A DNA stretch of 32,396 nucleotides, from sequence record DRR723986_12936; one strand, given 5' to 3'. A model generated the notes under the pieces. It searched no databases, had not been told where the DNA came from, and saw nothing but the letters and a program-made list of their open reading frames with translations. Shown one piece after another: positions 1 through 10,295 of the stretch (position 1 is its first letter; each line of letters begins with the position of its first letter). The translations under genes and the position numbers were made by a program.

Positions 1-66
1 GCCAGCCTGCGGTTCTCACGCTGAGTTGCAACAGGGGGAACCGCACGCTGGCGCATTGCGGCTGAT
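1..66. repeat. REP-like inverted repeat (hairpin), left arm truncated by window edge
   Basis: gccagcctgcggttc (1-15) pairs with gaaccgcacgctggc (38-52) with one mismatch; followed by gcattgcggctgat, resembling intergenic palindromic repeats of planctomycetes. Confidence 0.6.
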
Positions 67-262
67 TGTCTGTCAAGCGGTTGGCGGTGTCTGCGCGCGA
101 GTTGCCCAGGCGCTGACGTGTCTCGGCTCACATCGCGTCACCTTTAGCAGGCATGCTCTTTGACCTCCGACTCTGGCGGAAGTCGAGCTTCAAGCCCGGG
201 GAGGGTTCTTCATTTGATTCTGCAGAACCGGCGAACTGCACCACATGCAACGGCAAACCAAG

Positions 263-1279
263 TCAGCATTTACCGACGCGTGGAATCTCTACGCGTCGAT
301 GTTTTGGACGCCCCCAGTAGAGGTTACCGTAGCGTTTCACGATAGCAACTCCGCCATGCCAGCGGACTTTCTGGAGCCACTCGTCCAAAAATTCCGCTAG
401 TTCATCGCAGTCAGGACACGTGCAGATGATGCGAAATTCCCCGTCTGAAAACTCTGTCTTTTCAACCGTTCCCCAGTACTTCTCCTGCACAGTTGACGGG
501 AGCAGCTTGTCGCTTAGCGCCTTCTCGATCTTGGCTGCCGAAGCTTTTTCACCTGCACTCGGGCGTGTGTTCTTAAGTTGAAAACAAATTGTCAGGGCTT
601 GACCTAACAGGGTAACCCTCTTGTTCTGGCGATACCACGCAGCTCGCTCTTGAACCCAGTCACTGTCCTCCGGTAGTGGCCAGACTTTGAAGAAATCCAA
701 TCCGTTGAGCGCCGCCTCCTCGGGCCGTTTCTTGAATTGCTCAGTCACAAGGTAGTGATTCGGAAGTTCGCGAACCCGAAAGATGCTCGCACCAACAAGC
801 CGTGCTTTCTTGAAAGCAAAATACTCGATGTCAAACGCGGTCGACGTTCTACTAGGCCGAATGATCTTGGACTTCGATACATTAATTGCGTCTAGTTTTG
901 TCATGCACAGATAGACGTAGTACTCTCCATCATTCGTTTTTAGCGGCAACAGTTCCCCGTTATCGGTGAGCATCTCGCCGAGTGCTTCGACCGCGCGGCG
1001 ACTAAAGACTGGCCTTACTAACTCCAAACAGGGATAGTCGTTGAACGCGTTAACAGCCTTTCCAGCCACTCCAGCTACGGGCAACGGCTTCCAAACTGCC
1101 TGAAGGCTCTTTTGTCGCCAATCCAAAGACTCCGTATCATCCAATCTCAAGTCACCGTAGCCGTCCTCGTTCCCAAGCACCGACGGTGAATGCTCCGCGT
1201 AAACGAAGCCATCAAATCTTGGGTCTTTCAAATTTGGCTTAAGCACGTAAACGGCATTCGAGTTCATTTGGGGTTCCAA
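263..1279 (-). CDS. Imm11/DUF1629-like immunity protein with an extra C-terminal domain (start may be ATG at 1267)
   Basis: 338-aa ORF; NDYPCL..PVFSRRAVEALGEML..GELLPL..YYVYLCMTKLDAINVSKSKI..IFRV..YLVTEQFKK..LNGLDF matches the Imm11 pattern; visibly more AT-rich than neighbours. Confidence 0.7.
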   Translation of the reverse strand: MEPQMNSNAVYVLKPNLKDPRFDGFVYAEHSPSVLGNEDGYGDLRLDDTESLDWRQKSLQAVWKPLPVAGVAGKAVNAFNDYPCLELVRPVFSRRAVEALGEMLTDNGELLPLKTNDGEYYVYLCMTKLDAINVSKSKIIRPSRTSTAFDIEYFAFKKARLVGASIFRVRELPNHYLVTEQFKKRPEEAALNGLDFFKVWPLPEDSDWVQERAAWYRQNKRVTLLGQALTICFQLKNTRPSAGEKASAAKIEKALSDKLLPSTVQEKYWGTVEKTEFSDGEFRIICTCPDCDELAEFLDEWLQKVRWHGGVAIVKRYGNLYWGRPKHRRVEIPRVGKC

Positions 1280-1347
1280 GTGGTAGTTTGCTGAGCAAAT
1301 GGGCTACTTTATTACGTCCAACGGGTAATCGACGTAGTTCCCAGAGC

Positions 1348-1470
1348 TTATCTTTTTTCAAAGTTGATTGTTCCCGCTCTCAATTGATCGAGGTCCTCGT
1401 GGTGCACTTCGTTATAGTAAACGGGAGTGGTGCGGTGAAGAATGGCAGCAGTCAGAACAAAAGCTGCACC
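1348..1470 (-). pseudogene. Possible decayed C-terminus of an AHH-type nuclease toxin
   Basis: End of ORF 1348..1671 reads AAILHRTTPVYYNEV..DQLRAGTINF, resembling the AHH C-terminal H..HT..YY..V...L..G.F pattern; lies directly upstream of and co-oriented with the Imm11-like gene. Confidence 0.3.
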
Positions 1471-1906
1471 AAAACGCGGAGAGGATCTGCTCGCCCTGAG
1501 TTCACCATGCGGTACTCGGTCGTTGCGGTCGAGGGACCAGATGGGGTGGCTCCTGGTGCCTTCGATGGTGTCGATTTCGATGTCGAGATCTGGAATGTTC
1601 TGGGCCGGATTGAAGGCAGCGTAGATCCGACTCGGAGAGTCGGGCGACAATGATGCGGCAGATTTCGTCAATGACGCGTCATCACTCCGCTCTCCCGCTT
1701 ACAACGAGATATTTGGGCCAGCCGCTGACCGTGGGTGGGCCTGGAAACCGCGACCTAGGACAGCGACGAGCGAACGGAAAATACGGATAACCGGTGTTTT
1801 GGACGCGATTTTTGCCTGTCAAACTGCTCAACCCAGTGGCGCAAGATCGTCATTGGATTAATCTGGAAGAGCAAACGGAATTCCCCCCACTTAGCCCAGC
1901 CCAATC

Positions 1907-3739
1907 ATGCGTTACCAATCCTACGAATCTCCGATAACCCTTCTGGATCTGCTCAGCTCCATTGTGCGGTACAAGTGGCGTGTTCTGCTGGTAACTCTAG
2001 TGGTCTTGGTCGTCTCTGCTGCCGTAATTGCGCTGCTCCCCAAGCGATATCAGTCGGAAGCCAAGCTTTTCGTGCGACTTGGACGCGGAAGTGCGAGCAT
2101 GGACCCGGCGACGGTTGGACAGACAATTGCCATCCAAGAGTCTCGGGAAACCGAGATGAATTCGATCATCGACATGCTGGAAAGCCGAGCCTTGGCTGAG
2201 AATGTCGTTGATTCTGTCGGCACAGAGCGTCTGCTGAAGAAATATGCCTGGGTTGAACAGCAAATCGAAGCCACCAGTGACTGGGCATCCTCGCAGGTTT
2301 CCAGGCTCCTGCCCCAATCCGAAGATGGCGGCGAAGCAAGCCTTGCCAACGATGAAACTGAACTCCCTCCAGGAGAGTCAGCAGAACAACTGCCCGCCGA
2401 TGCGACGTCATCTGAGGAACTCGCTTCAACGGATACTGCACCAGAGGTAGACGCACCTGAGGCGATCGTCGAACCAGACAATTCCATTGACGAGCGGAAA
2501 CGCTATGAGCTGGCTGTTCGCGAAATCGAAGAAAATCTGCGAGTCGAATCACCAAAGCGATCGACAACAATCGGTATCGCTTATCGTGCTCGTGAACCGG
2601 AGCTAGCTCGCGATGTGGTCCAGGCGGTAATCGAGAACTATCGCCAGATGCACATCACTGCGTATCAGTCCCAGGGAGCGCTTGAGTTCTTTGACCAGCA
2701 GTATAGCGAGCAAGCTTCCATTGTTGCGGACACTGAAAATGAGCTGCGTGAGAAGAAGAACGCCAACCAAGTTGTCACCGTTGCGGGCAAGCAGGAGCAA
2801 ATACAGACAGAGATAACCGACGTCAAGAAAATGCAACTCGAAACGCAAGCGGCACTTCAGGAAACCCGTGCCAAGGTCACTCAGTTGCAGCAGAGCATTC
2901 GAGCCACGGATGCTGAGATCGTTTCCCAGAAAACGAGTGGTATTGCTTCTAATGCCGCGGACGGGATGCGGAACCGACTGTATGAGCTGGAGATTGAAGA
3001 GAAAGAACTGGCATCCAAGTATGTCGACTCCGACCCTCGGTTGGTGCGAGTGCGCGAACAAATCGCTGATGCACGCCGGATTGCTGACACCCAGCCTCAA
3101 GAGCGGCCGCAGAGTGTTGTTGCGGTCAATCCAGTGCGACAAGAACTGGAGAACGACCTACTCGCAGCCCAGTCTACGATTGCGGGCTTGCAGGCGAAGT
3201 TGACGGCTTTGGACTCGATCGAGGGCAGGCTGCTCGCTCGCTTGGAAGACGTCAACAACCTCGAAGTTGAGAGCCAGGAGATGGAGCGACGCATCGAGAT
3301 CGCTCGCAGCAACCATCGCAACTATGCCATTAAGCTGGAAGAGTCGCGAATCAACGCGGCCTTGGATGACGAGTCGCTTTCGAATGTTTCGGTCGTGGGC
3401 GGCCCCAACATCCGCTACAAACATGTCAGTCCGCGACGTAGCCTGCTGGCGGCCGTGGCGGCCGTTTTCAGTCTTTTCTGCGGACTCCTCGTAGCACTCG
3501 TCAGTGACTACGGGCGTCATTCGCGGGAGGTTGCGGTCATTCGGAAGGCAGAGCGCGAAGCCTATCTGCGTCGATTGCAGAATGCCAAGGAAATCATCGA
3601 GCATCCCGTCGCACTCGAGCCAGCTCGCGAGAAAGCGCATATTGCCAGCAGCTCTTCTTCTGGTACTTCAGACGACGCTCGATCCGGACTCGACCAAGTC
3701 GACGAGGGGGGCAACGACGCTCCCAAGAAAGCGAAATAG
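1907..3739 (+). CDS. GumC/Wzc-type polysaccharide co-polymerase (chain-length determinant) without fused kinase
   Basis: Wzz-like N-terminus with TM (RYKWRVLLV..LPKRYQSEAKLFV), long coiled coil, Y.DSDPRLVRVREQI, NVSVV..P..VSPRR then second TM; no Walker A or Tyr cluster in the tail. Confidence 0.88.
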   Translation: MRYQSYESPITLLDLLSSIVRYKWRVLLVTLVVLVVSAAVIALLPKRYQSEAKLFVRLGRGSASMDPATVGQTIAIQESRETEMNSIIDMLESRALAENVVDSVGTERLLKKYAWVEQQIEATSDWASSQVSRLLPQSEDGGEASLANDETELPPGESAEQLPADATSSEELASTDTAPEVDAPEAIVEPDNSIDERKRYELAVREIEENLRVESPKRSTTIGIAYRAREPELARDVVQAVIENYRQMHITAYQSQGALEFFDQQYSEQASIVADTENELREKKNANQVVTVAGKQEQIQTEITDVKKMQLETQAALQETRAKVTQLQQSIRATDAEIVSQKTSGIASNAADGMRNRLYELEIEEKELASKYVDSDPRLVRVREQIADARRIADTQPQERPQSVVAVNPVRQELENDLLAAQSTIAGLQAKLTALDSIEGRLLARLEDVNNLEVESQEMERRIEIARSNHRNYAIKLEESRINAALDDESLSNVSVVGGPNIRYKHVSPRRSLLAAVAAVFSLFCGLLVALVSDYGRHSREVAVIRKAEREAYLRRLQNAKEIIEHPVALEPAREKAHIASSSSSGTSDDARSGLDQVDEGGNDAPKKAK

Positions 3740-3751
3740 GCGACCCTGCAG

Positions 3752-5071
3752 ATGACAACTGTTGCAGGTGGAGCCCAATTCAATCGGGAGAGTTTTCCCG
3801 ACAGCACGCGTAATCACGCTGCAGAGCCTTTCGCATTCGGACTGACCCTCGAAAAAGCAGCGGCTTGCACACTGGTGTTCGCGGTCGTCTTCTTCAACGC
3901 GGCGGATTTTCGTGGGGCGTCCGGAGCTGAGAACTTCGAGGTCCATTGGCAGATTTATCTCCGGCTGCTCATTTGCTTTGCATCTGGGTGCTTCGGAGTG
4001 CTATTTCTTCTGCCGTCGAACTTCCGTGAATTCCTAAAGTGGCCCGGCATGCTGCTGACCGGATACGTCGGCGTGCTAGCGGCTTCCGTTCTGACCAGTA
4101 TCAACTTCACCTACAGTGCCGCAGCTTGGTGTTCACTGGCTGGCATCACAGTTTTCGTTCCGGCTGCGATGCACGTGCTTGGGCCACGCACGTTTCTATT
4201 GACTGCGCTTGCTGGGCTTTCAACACACCTGACTGGTTCCTGGATCGCCTACCTGCTCTTCCCCGAAATTGGCGTATTTCAAGAACAGGTGACCCGAACA
4301 GAAGTCTACGAGCGAATGGGCGGTCTCGCTCACCCAAATGAGCTGGGCTTCTACGCGGCCCTCACTGTCCTGCTGGCTTGCGGACTGAGGTTATCGCGGC
4401 AAATTCGGACATCGACAACAATTGTCTTTGTTCTGCTTGGTACAGCTACGTTGATCACCTGCTTCAGTCGAACTTCAATCGTGGCCTGTTGCATCGCACT
4501 CGCAGTCATTTACCGGCGGCAGATATTCTTGCGAGGCAATCTGATCGGTTTGGCACTCGCCGCGACCGCAGTCAGCCTGGGTGTTTTCGCAGCCATCGGT
4601 ACCGGGCAATTCGATTGGGCCATTCAAGACATTCTGACTGGAATGACCAAGAGCGGCTCGATTGACGAACTGGCCACGGCGACCGGCCGAACAGAGATAT
4701 GGCGTTTTGCGGTCAAGGCGATTGCAGAACAACCACTGCTTGGCTTTGGGCATTGTACGCAACGCTTTGTTATGGAAGAGCATAGTTTTCACGGGCACAA
4801 TGTCGTGCTGAATGCAATGCTCAGCGGTGGCGTCTTTGCTGGCGCTGCCATCGTCATGATGATGCTGGTGCAGTGCGTGGGGATGACCGTGGACCCATGC
4901 TGGGAAATTGACGGTCCCGTTGTGTTCATGATTTGCACGGGAATGGTAGACGGCGTTTTCCCAGCCGCCAGCCCCGCGGGCATGTACGCAATCTGGGCAG
5001 CCGCGTTGCTCTGGCGGCAGATGCAAATGCAGTGCTCGCGTGGAGAATTGCTCACCGAAGAACTGATCTAG
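3752..5071 (+). CDS. O-antigen ligase / Wzy-like polysaccharide polymerase family membrane protein
   Basis: Multi-TM; RMGGLAHPNELG, FSRTS, TGRTEIW, PLLGFG, HGHN..L motifs of Wzy_C; 12 bp after the GumC-like gene. Confidence 0.85.
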   Translation: MTTVAGGAQFNRESFPDSTRNHAAEPFAFGLTLEKAAACTLVFAVVFFNAADFRGASGAENFEVHWQIYLRLLICFASGCFGVLFLLPSNFREFLKWPGMLLTGYVGVLAASVLTSINFTYSAAAWCSLAGITVFVPAAMHVLGPRTFLLTALAGLSTHLTGSWIAYLLFPEIGVFQEQVTRTEVYERMGGLAHPNELGFYAALTVLLACGLRLSRQIRTSTTIVFVLLGTATLITCFSRTSIVACCIALAVIYRRQIFLRGNLIGLALAATAVSLGVFAAIGTGQFDWAIQDILTGMTKSGSIDELATATGRTEIWRFAVKAIAEQPLLGFGHCTQRFVMEEHSFHGHNVVLNAMLSGGVFAGAAIVMMMLVQCVGMTVDPCWEIDGPVVFMICTGMVDGVFPAASPAGMYAIWAAALLWRQMQMQCSRGELLTEELI

Positions 5072-5235
5072 GACCTGGATCGCTGTAATTGTCGCGTCTG
5101 GAGTTGTAGCGGCAGGCGTTGGCAACGATAATTGTGGTCCAAGCAACATCTCAAGCAACTGTGGCGAGCCACGTTCTGACTTGATTGCGACGTTGCCGTG
5201 AAGACGCCAGGCGGAATTTCGAAACAGGATGATCC

Positions 5236-6147
5236 ATGCCGATCAAATTCAAATGCGGAAACTGCAGTACCGTTATTTCTGTGAAATCAGAATTGGCGGG
5301 CAAGAGCGGCAAATGCCCTAAGTGCAAGAATCCGATCCGCGTTCCCACGCCTAAGAAACCTGGCGGCAGTGGTCAGCCGAAAGCCGCAGGTCAGAAACCG
5401 CCTGGACAGAAAACGGCAGGGCAGAAGGCAGCCAAGCCAGCACAAGCTCCCGCTCCGCAGCCTGCAGCGCCAGGCGCGTTGGACTCACTGTTCGATGATG
5501 CTGGATTGGTTGAAAAGAAGGGCCCAACGTGCAAAGCGTGCGGCGCAGATATCAAACCGGGAACGGTCGTTTGTACATCGTGCGGCACGAATTTCCAAAC
5601 GGGCGAGCAGATTCAGGGTGCCGCCTTGGCTGGCAGCACCGGCCCTGAATTTGACAACCAGTATCTCCAACTGGCCTCCGATAACATGGTCCGCGACCTG
5701 GACATGGAAAGCCGCCGAGATAAGGCTGCGATGCCATGGTGGGTTCTGATGTCCTTCCTGATTGGTGCCATCACACTTTGTGCCGCTGGGGTCGTTATCG
5801 TTGATGGGCAATTCGGCACGCTCGCCGACGAGGGCACTTTCATGGGGAAGGTCCAGCGCATGCCCGTGTTCTGTACACTTGGCTTGACGTCGCTGATTAC
5901 GGGTACGGCAATCACCGTTTTCGCTCACATGAGCATTTGCATTTTCGCGTTCGGAAAGAAAGCCGGGCACGGCGTCGCATGCTTCTTCCTGCCGCTAATC
6001 TTCTCAATCATCTACGGGGCAATGCACTGGGCCGAGAACAAGGCACCAATCAAGGCAATCATGACCGCTGTCATCTTTATTGGCCTTGGCGTATTTCTAA
6101 TCATTCAAGGCGGCGGGTTTGGCAAAATCCAAGCCGTCTTTAACTAG
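5236..6147 (+). CDS. Double zinc-ribbon membrane protein (hypothetical)
   Basis: CGNC..CPKC, Pro/Ala/Lys linker, CKAC..CTSC, then about 4 hydrophobic helices; AGGA upstream of ATG. Confidence 0.8.
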   Translation: MPIKFKCGNCSTVISVKSELAGKSGKCPKCKNPIRVPTPKKPGGSGQPKAAGQKPPGQKTAGQKAAKPAQAPAPQPAAPGALDSLFDDAGLVEKKGPTCKACGADIKPGTVVCTSCGTNFQTGEQIQGAALAGSTGPEFDNQYLQLASDNMVRDLDMESRRDKAAMPWWVLMSFLIGAITLCAAGVVIVDGQFGTLADEGTFMGKVQRMPVFCTLGLTSLITGTAITVFAHMSICIFAFGKKAGHGVACFFLPLIFSIIYGAMHWAENKAPIKAIMTAVIFIGLGVFLIIQGGGFGKIQAVFN

Positions 6148-6148
6148 G

Positions 6149-7219
6149 TCAAACGACGCTCATCACGACCGCGGTGATGTCGTCATGCTGCGGTTCACTG
6201 CCCGCGAACGACCGGCAGTCATCGAACATCGTCTGCACCAGTGATTTTGCATCGCTGTGCGTCTGATTGCGAAGCGATTGCAAGAACGCCTCTTCACCGA
6301 GCATGTCATCGGACGTGTTTCGCATTTCCAAGATCCCATCGGTCACCATAACCAGTTTGTCGCCGCTGTCGACATCGGATACAGTTTGAAGCACAATCTC
6401 CAGTTCCGGCAAGATTCCTAGCGGCGGATCTTCGGCGGCTAGCGTTATCACAGTGCCATCGGCCTTCAGTAGATAAGCTACCTGCCCCGCTGCGGCAAAT
6501 TGCAATTCCTTGCGTTCGGCATTGTAGCTGGCCGCGAATGCAGTGACGAATTCACTGTCGGAGACCGCGTCTGCAATTGCTCGATTCCCGGCCGTTAGTA
6601 GTTCTTCAACCGATCGGACGCCCGGAGCAATCGAACGAAAGGAAGCGCGGGTGGATGACATCAGTAGCGCAGGGCCAAGTCCATGACCGCTGACATCGGC
6701 CACAACCACCGCGCTCACGCCACCAGCCAGTGTCAAATAATCGTAGTAATCGCCACTTGTCCACTCGGCCGGGTCGGACTGCCCATAGAGATCAATTCCG
6801 GGAACCTGAGGAACTTCCGCGGGCAGCAGTTGTCGCTGAATCCGCTGCGCCAGCCGTAACTCTTCCTCCGTCTCCTTGACGTAGGACTCGAGCTCATTCT
6901 TTTCACTCCGCAGCGTTTCTTCCGCGTCGGCCAACTGTTTGAAGAACGGTTCGATGAAACTCATTCCACCAAGAAGCATGATCGAGGCCATCAGTGCAGC
7001 AAACGCACTCGCCCACTGAACCCAATTGGTCTCTGAGGTCGGTGGATCGGACCAGGTTGCGCACAATGTCGTCAGTCGCAAAATCGCGGCAACTACTGCC
7101 GAAGCAGAAACGAGGAACCACGCCGAATAGATTCGGTAGCGGAAGTTCAGTCGCATTGCGAACGCTGCGGCCGCCACTTGGGTCGCAAACGCCAGCAACA
7201 AAGCGATCTTGTAAGCCAT
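6149..7219 (-). CDS. Membrane-bound PP2C-family (SpoIIE/RsbU) Ser/Thr phosphatase
   Basis: About 3 N-terminal TMs, EL.LAQRIQ..LLP, SGDYYD, ADVSGHG, TDGILE, DDIT motifs. Confidence 0.92.
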   Translation of the reverse strand: MAYKIALLLAFATQVAAAAFAMRLNFRYRIYSAWFLVSASAVVAAILRLTTLCATWSDPPTSETNWVQWASAFAALMASIMLLGGMSFIEPFFKQLADAEETLRSEKNELESYVKETEEELRLAQRIQRQLLPAEVPQVPGIDLYGQSDPAEWTSGDYYDYLTLAGGVSAVVVADVSGHGLGPALLMSSTRASFRSIAPGVRSVEELLTAGNRAIADAVSDSEFVTAFAASYNAERKELQFAAAGQVAYLLKADGTVITLAAEDPPLGILPELEIVLQTVSDVDSGDKLVMVTDGILEMRNTSDDMLGEEAFLQSLRNQTHSDAKSLVQTMFDDCRSFAGSEPQHDDITAVVMSVV

Positions 7220-7245
7220 AGGATGCAGTCGTGCTGAAGCGAAAC

Positions 7246-8838
7246 TTACTCAGGAGCGTCGAGCGGGCCAGATTCAAAGTCAGTCTTGTTGACCCAGCCA
7301 GCTCGAATCTGCTCACCTCCGGTGTACCGCTCGTGGAATCGGCTGGTGCGCCGGTCTGTATAGGGATAAGCATCAAAGACGCCACCGTTGCCACTCATGC
7401 GAGGATCCCCGTCCTCAGTCAACTCGCGAATCATCTGGCTTCGCAAGTCATCTAGCCGCCCTGCATGCTGAGTCTCATTGGCAAGATTCACGATGCAGTC
7501 CGGGTCTTCGGCAACGTTGTACAACTCACGTGGTGGTCGTTTCCCAAAACACATCTTCCAGAACGACTGCTCAGAACCTTGGCGTCGCATCTGCAATATG
7601 TCTGATTTGATTGCACCACCGTCGCAGTTCAAATATCCCGTTTCGGGATTACCGGCAGGCCAACGATCCGTCTCGAAATTCTCAATGTACAGCCAGTCGC
7701 CTTTGCGGATGCCGCGGATCGGATACCCAACATCACCTGGTCGGCCGATATCGTGCCGCTCCTTTCCAACAAGCACATGGTCTCGGTTTGGCTGAGGCTT
7801 ACCGGCAAAAATGCTAAACAGGCTCTCGCCGCTGAGCGGTTGCATGACCGGGCCAGGCATTTCGACTTTACCGGCCTCCAAGAACGTGGGTGCAAAGTCG
7901 GTGAAATTCACGAACGCTTCAACGGTCCGTCCAGCATCCTTGATCCCCTTCGGCCATCGGATAGCGAGCGGGATGTGGTTGGAGTGCTCGTATGCCTGCC
8001 CTTTGACTCTCGGGAAAGGCATTCCGTGGTCGCTGGTGCACACGATGATTGTATTGTCGAGTTGCCCGGCAGCTTCGAGCTTTTCCAAGATCCGTCCCAG
8101 ATGCATATCGTAGTGTTCTACTTCGATTGCATAGTCCAGCATGTCGTGGCGAGAGTTTTCATTGTCTGGCCAATACCCTGGAACTCGATCGATCATCTCA
8201 AGCGACTTGCCCAGTCGCACGCCGGATTTAAATTCGTAGGACCGATGCGGCTCGGTCGTGCCGTACCAGAACACCCACGGTTGCTGGTCGTCAACACCGT
8301 CCAAGAAGTCTGCAAAGTTGGCAGAATAGTCATTGTTTGAGATGGCTTTAGTCGGCGGTGGACTCTTCCGCGACGCGTACGACTTGCCAGTAATCAACCG
8401 CTTCTTCCCATCGGAATCAAGGGCCGAACCGGGCCCCCAGCCTTTCCCAGTGTATCCGGCCTGGTACCCGGATGCAGATAATCGTTCGACGAATCCGCCA
8501 AACTTTGGCGGGAACACGCACATATGATTGCCCGCTTCCTCGAGTTGCCAAGAATAGCGGCCGGTCAGGATCGTTGCACGACTCGGCGCACACTTCGCGT
8601 TCGGTGTGAAAGCACGAGTAAACAACAGTCCTTCGCGAGCGACCCGATCAAAGGCAGGCGTTTCGATCCACGAACAACCGTAGATACTTGCGTGACCGAA
8701 CGACCAATCGTCAGCAATGGCGAATAAGATATTTGGGCGAGAGTCGTCCGCTTTGACCGGACTTTCAAGCGGTGAACAAACGCCTGCAAACACTGCCAAG
8801 ATCAGAATTGCCCACACCTTGCGGAGGTATTTCACCAT
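7246..8838 (-). CDS. Formylglycine-dependent sulfatase (N-sulfoglucosamine sulfohydrolase-like), secreted
   Basis: Signal peptide, [47 protein letters not shown] 8838 has GAGG upstream (ORF track starts at 8856). Confidence 0.93.
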   Translation of the reverse strand: MVKYLRKVWAILILAVFAGVCSPLESPVKADDSRPNILFAIADDWSFGHASIYGCSWIETPAFDRVAREGLLFTRAFTPNAKCAPSRATILTGRYSWQLEEAGNHMCVFPPKFGGFVERLSASGYQAGYTGKGWGPGSALDSDGKKRLITGKSYASRKSPPPTKAISNNDYSANFADFLDGVDDQQPWVFWYGTTEPHRSYEFKSGVRLGKSLEMIDRVPGYWPDNENSRHDMLDYAIEVEHYDMHLGRILEKLEAAGQLDNTIIVCTSDHGMPFPRVKGQAYEHSNHIPLAIRWPKGIKDAGRTVEAFVNFTDFAPTFLEAGKVEMPGPVMQPLSGESLFSIFAGKPQPNRDHVLVGKERHDIGRPGDVGYPIRGIRKGDWLYIENFETDRWPAGNPETGYLNCDGGAIKSDILQMRRQGSEQSFWKMCFGKRPPRELYNVAEDPDCIVNLANETQHAGRLDDLRSQMIRELTEDGDPRMSGNGGVFDAYPYTDRRTSRFHERYTGGEQIRAGWVNKTDFESGPLDAPE

Positions 8839-8947
8839 ATTCGCCTCACCGTTCACGCGAAGTCACCTAAATTGAGTTTGGATCGGCAGCGGACAGGTCG
8901 CGACTAAGAAGGGCGTGGAGTTCACCGCCTGAAGAAATCCAGCGTCG

Positions 8948-8976
8948 ATTGTAGAGTGCCGCAGAGTGAAAGTAAA
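8948..8976 (-). promoter_or_regulatory. Putative sigma70-type promoter of the sulfatase
   Basis: Minus strand reads TTTACT-N17-TACAAT, about 110 bp upstream of the ATG. Confidence 0.5.
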
Positions 8977-9090
8977 CGAACCGAGCGAGGACCATCGGGC
9001 GGCTCACACCGCAACGCCCAGGGGACTCAGCGCCTCGCGAACGCTAGCGACTTCGGTGGCAAGTGCGCTCGACCGAGCGGCATCGACCGA

Positions 9091-9876
9091 CTAGCTGAAG
9101 TAGTCGATCGCGTTCTGGAAGATCTTCCGCCCCTCGCCAAATTCCGGCTGCTCTTTGCGGCGAGTCCAAAACGGGTGGTGCGTTGGTTCAAGGTGTCGTT
9201 CTGGGTGAGGCATCAGGCCAAAGATCCGCCCAGAAGCGTCGCTGATTCCAGCAATGTTCAGGTCCGCGCCGTTGGGATTGACCGGGAAGGGAAGCGTTTG
9301 ATCTTCCACGCCGCCATCCTCTCGCGCGTAACGCAGGCCAAGCTGCCCAGCGGACCGCATCATGTCACGTGCCGCTTCATCACGCAGAACAAATCGCCCT
9401 TCGGCGTGAGCCATCGGCAAGAACACTTTATCGATGTCACGCAGGAACACAGAATTGCTGTCCGCGTTGACCAAGTGAACCCAACGGTCTTCGAAACGAG
9501 CTTGATGATTCCAAGTCAACGTTGCCGGTGCAGACGATTCGTCCTTGGGAAAGAAAATTCCCAGCCGCATCATGACCTGGAAGCCGTTGCAGATCCCCAG
9601 AACCAGCTTGTCGCCACTACGAAACTGCTCGACCACATCGGCCAAATGGACATTCAATCGCTGAGCGAGAATGCGTCCGGCGGCAATATCGTCACCATAG
9701 CTGAAGCCGCCCGGGAAGCAGAGTATCTGAAAATCTTCCGCAATCTCCGGCTTCTCAATCAACTCATTGATATGGATGCTGTGCGGATCACCTCCGACAA
9801 TCTCAAACGCGTAGGCCGTTTCGACGTCACAATTGGTGCCTGGAGCACGCAAAACCAAGACTTTCGGCTTCGCCAT
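9091..9876 (-). CDS. purQ: Phosphoribosylformylglycinamidine synthase subunit PurQ (glutaminase)
   Basis: PGTNCD.ET, PGGFSYGDD, LGICNGFQ, AHAEG, NPNG, GLMPHPER. Confidence 0.96.
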   Translation of the reverse strand: MAKPKVLVLRAPGTNCDVETAYAFEIVGGDPHSIHINELIEKPEIAEDFQILCFPGGFSYGDDIAAGRILAQRLNVHLADVVEQFRSGDKLVLGICNGFQVMMRLGIFFPKDESSAPATLTWNHQARFEDRWVHLVNADSNSVFLRDIDKVFLPMAHAEGRFVLRDEAARDMMRSAGQLGLRYAREDGGVEDQTLPFPVNPNGADLNIAGISDASGRIFGLMPHPERHLEPTHHPFWTRRKEQPEFGEGRKIFQNAIDYFS

Positions 9877-10021
9877 CCTGAATAGCCTGCTAATTGATTG
9901 CGGTTGTAGGCTCGAGCCACGGTTTTGGAGCCATTCTAGGGCGATCCATTCACGGCTGGAGCGATCATTGTGTGAGTCGACCAGCGTACCAATGATGGGC
10001 CAAATGTGTACCCCACACGTT

Positions 10022-10071
10022 GCTAGCCCTAGAGAAACGCCGCTAGCCCCATGGAAACGCCGCTAGCCCCA
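10022..10071. repeat. 20-bp tandem repeat, about 2.5 copies, in the divergent purQ/GT2 intergenic region
   Basis: gctagccctagagaaacgcc gctagccccatggaaacgcc gctagcccca. Confidence 0.8.
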
Positions 10072-10295
10072 GTGGTCCGTACAGTCGCCAGCCGTCGAAA
10101 TGAAGCTGTCGTCGCTTTGCAGTAGTATGGCCGCCTCGGTATCTTCGCAAGGCCCTACTGCGGCGTGGGTAGCAATATGCTCTGCATCGACGATAATGAA
10201 GCCTCCGTCCGGCGGTGATGCCGTTGCGATCGGATGAAACGTGCGATCTGACCAAACGATAGACCTCTGCAGAATTTCACAAGGCCAACGCCCAT

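Noticed and set aside
1288-1653. 121-aa plus-strand ORF
   Set aside because: TTG start, no motifs, lies in a probably decayed region
8956-9885. 309-aa plus-strand ORF
   Set aside because: Antisense shadow of purQ
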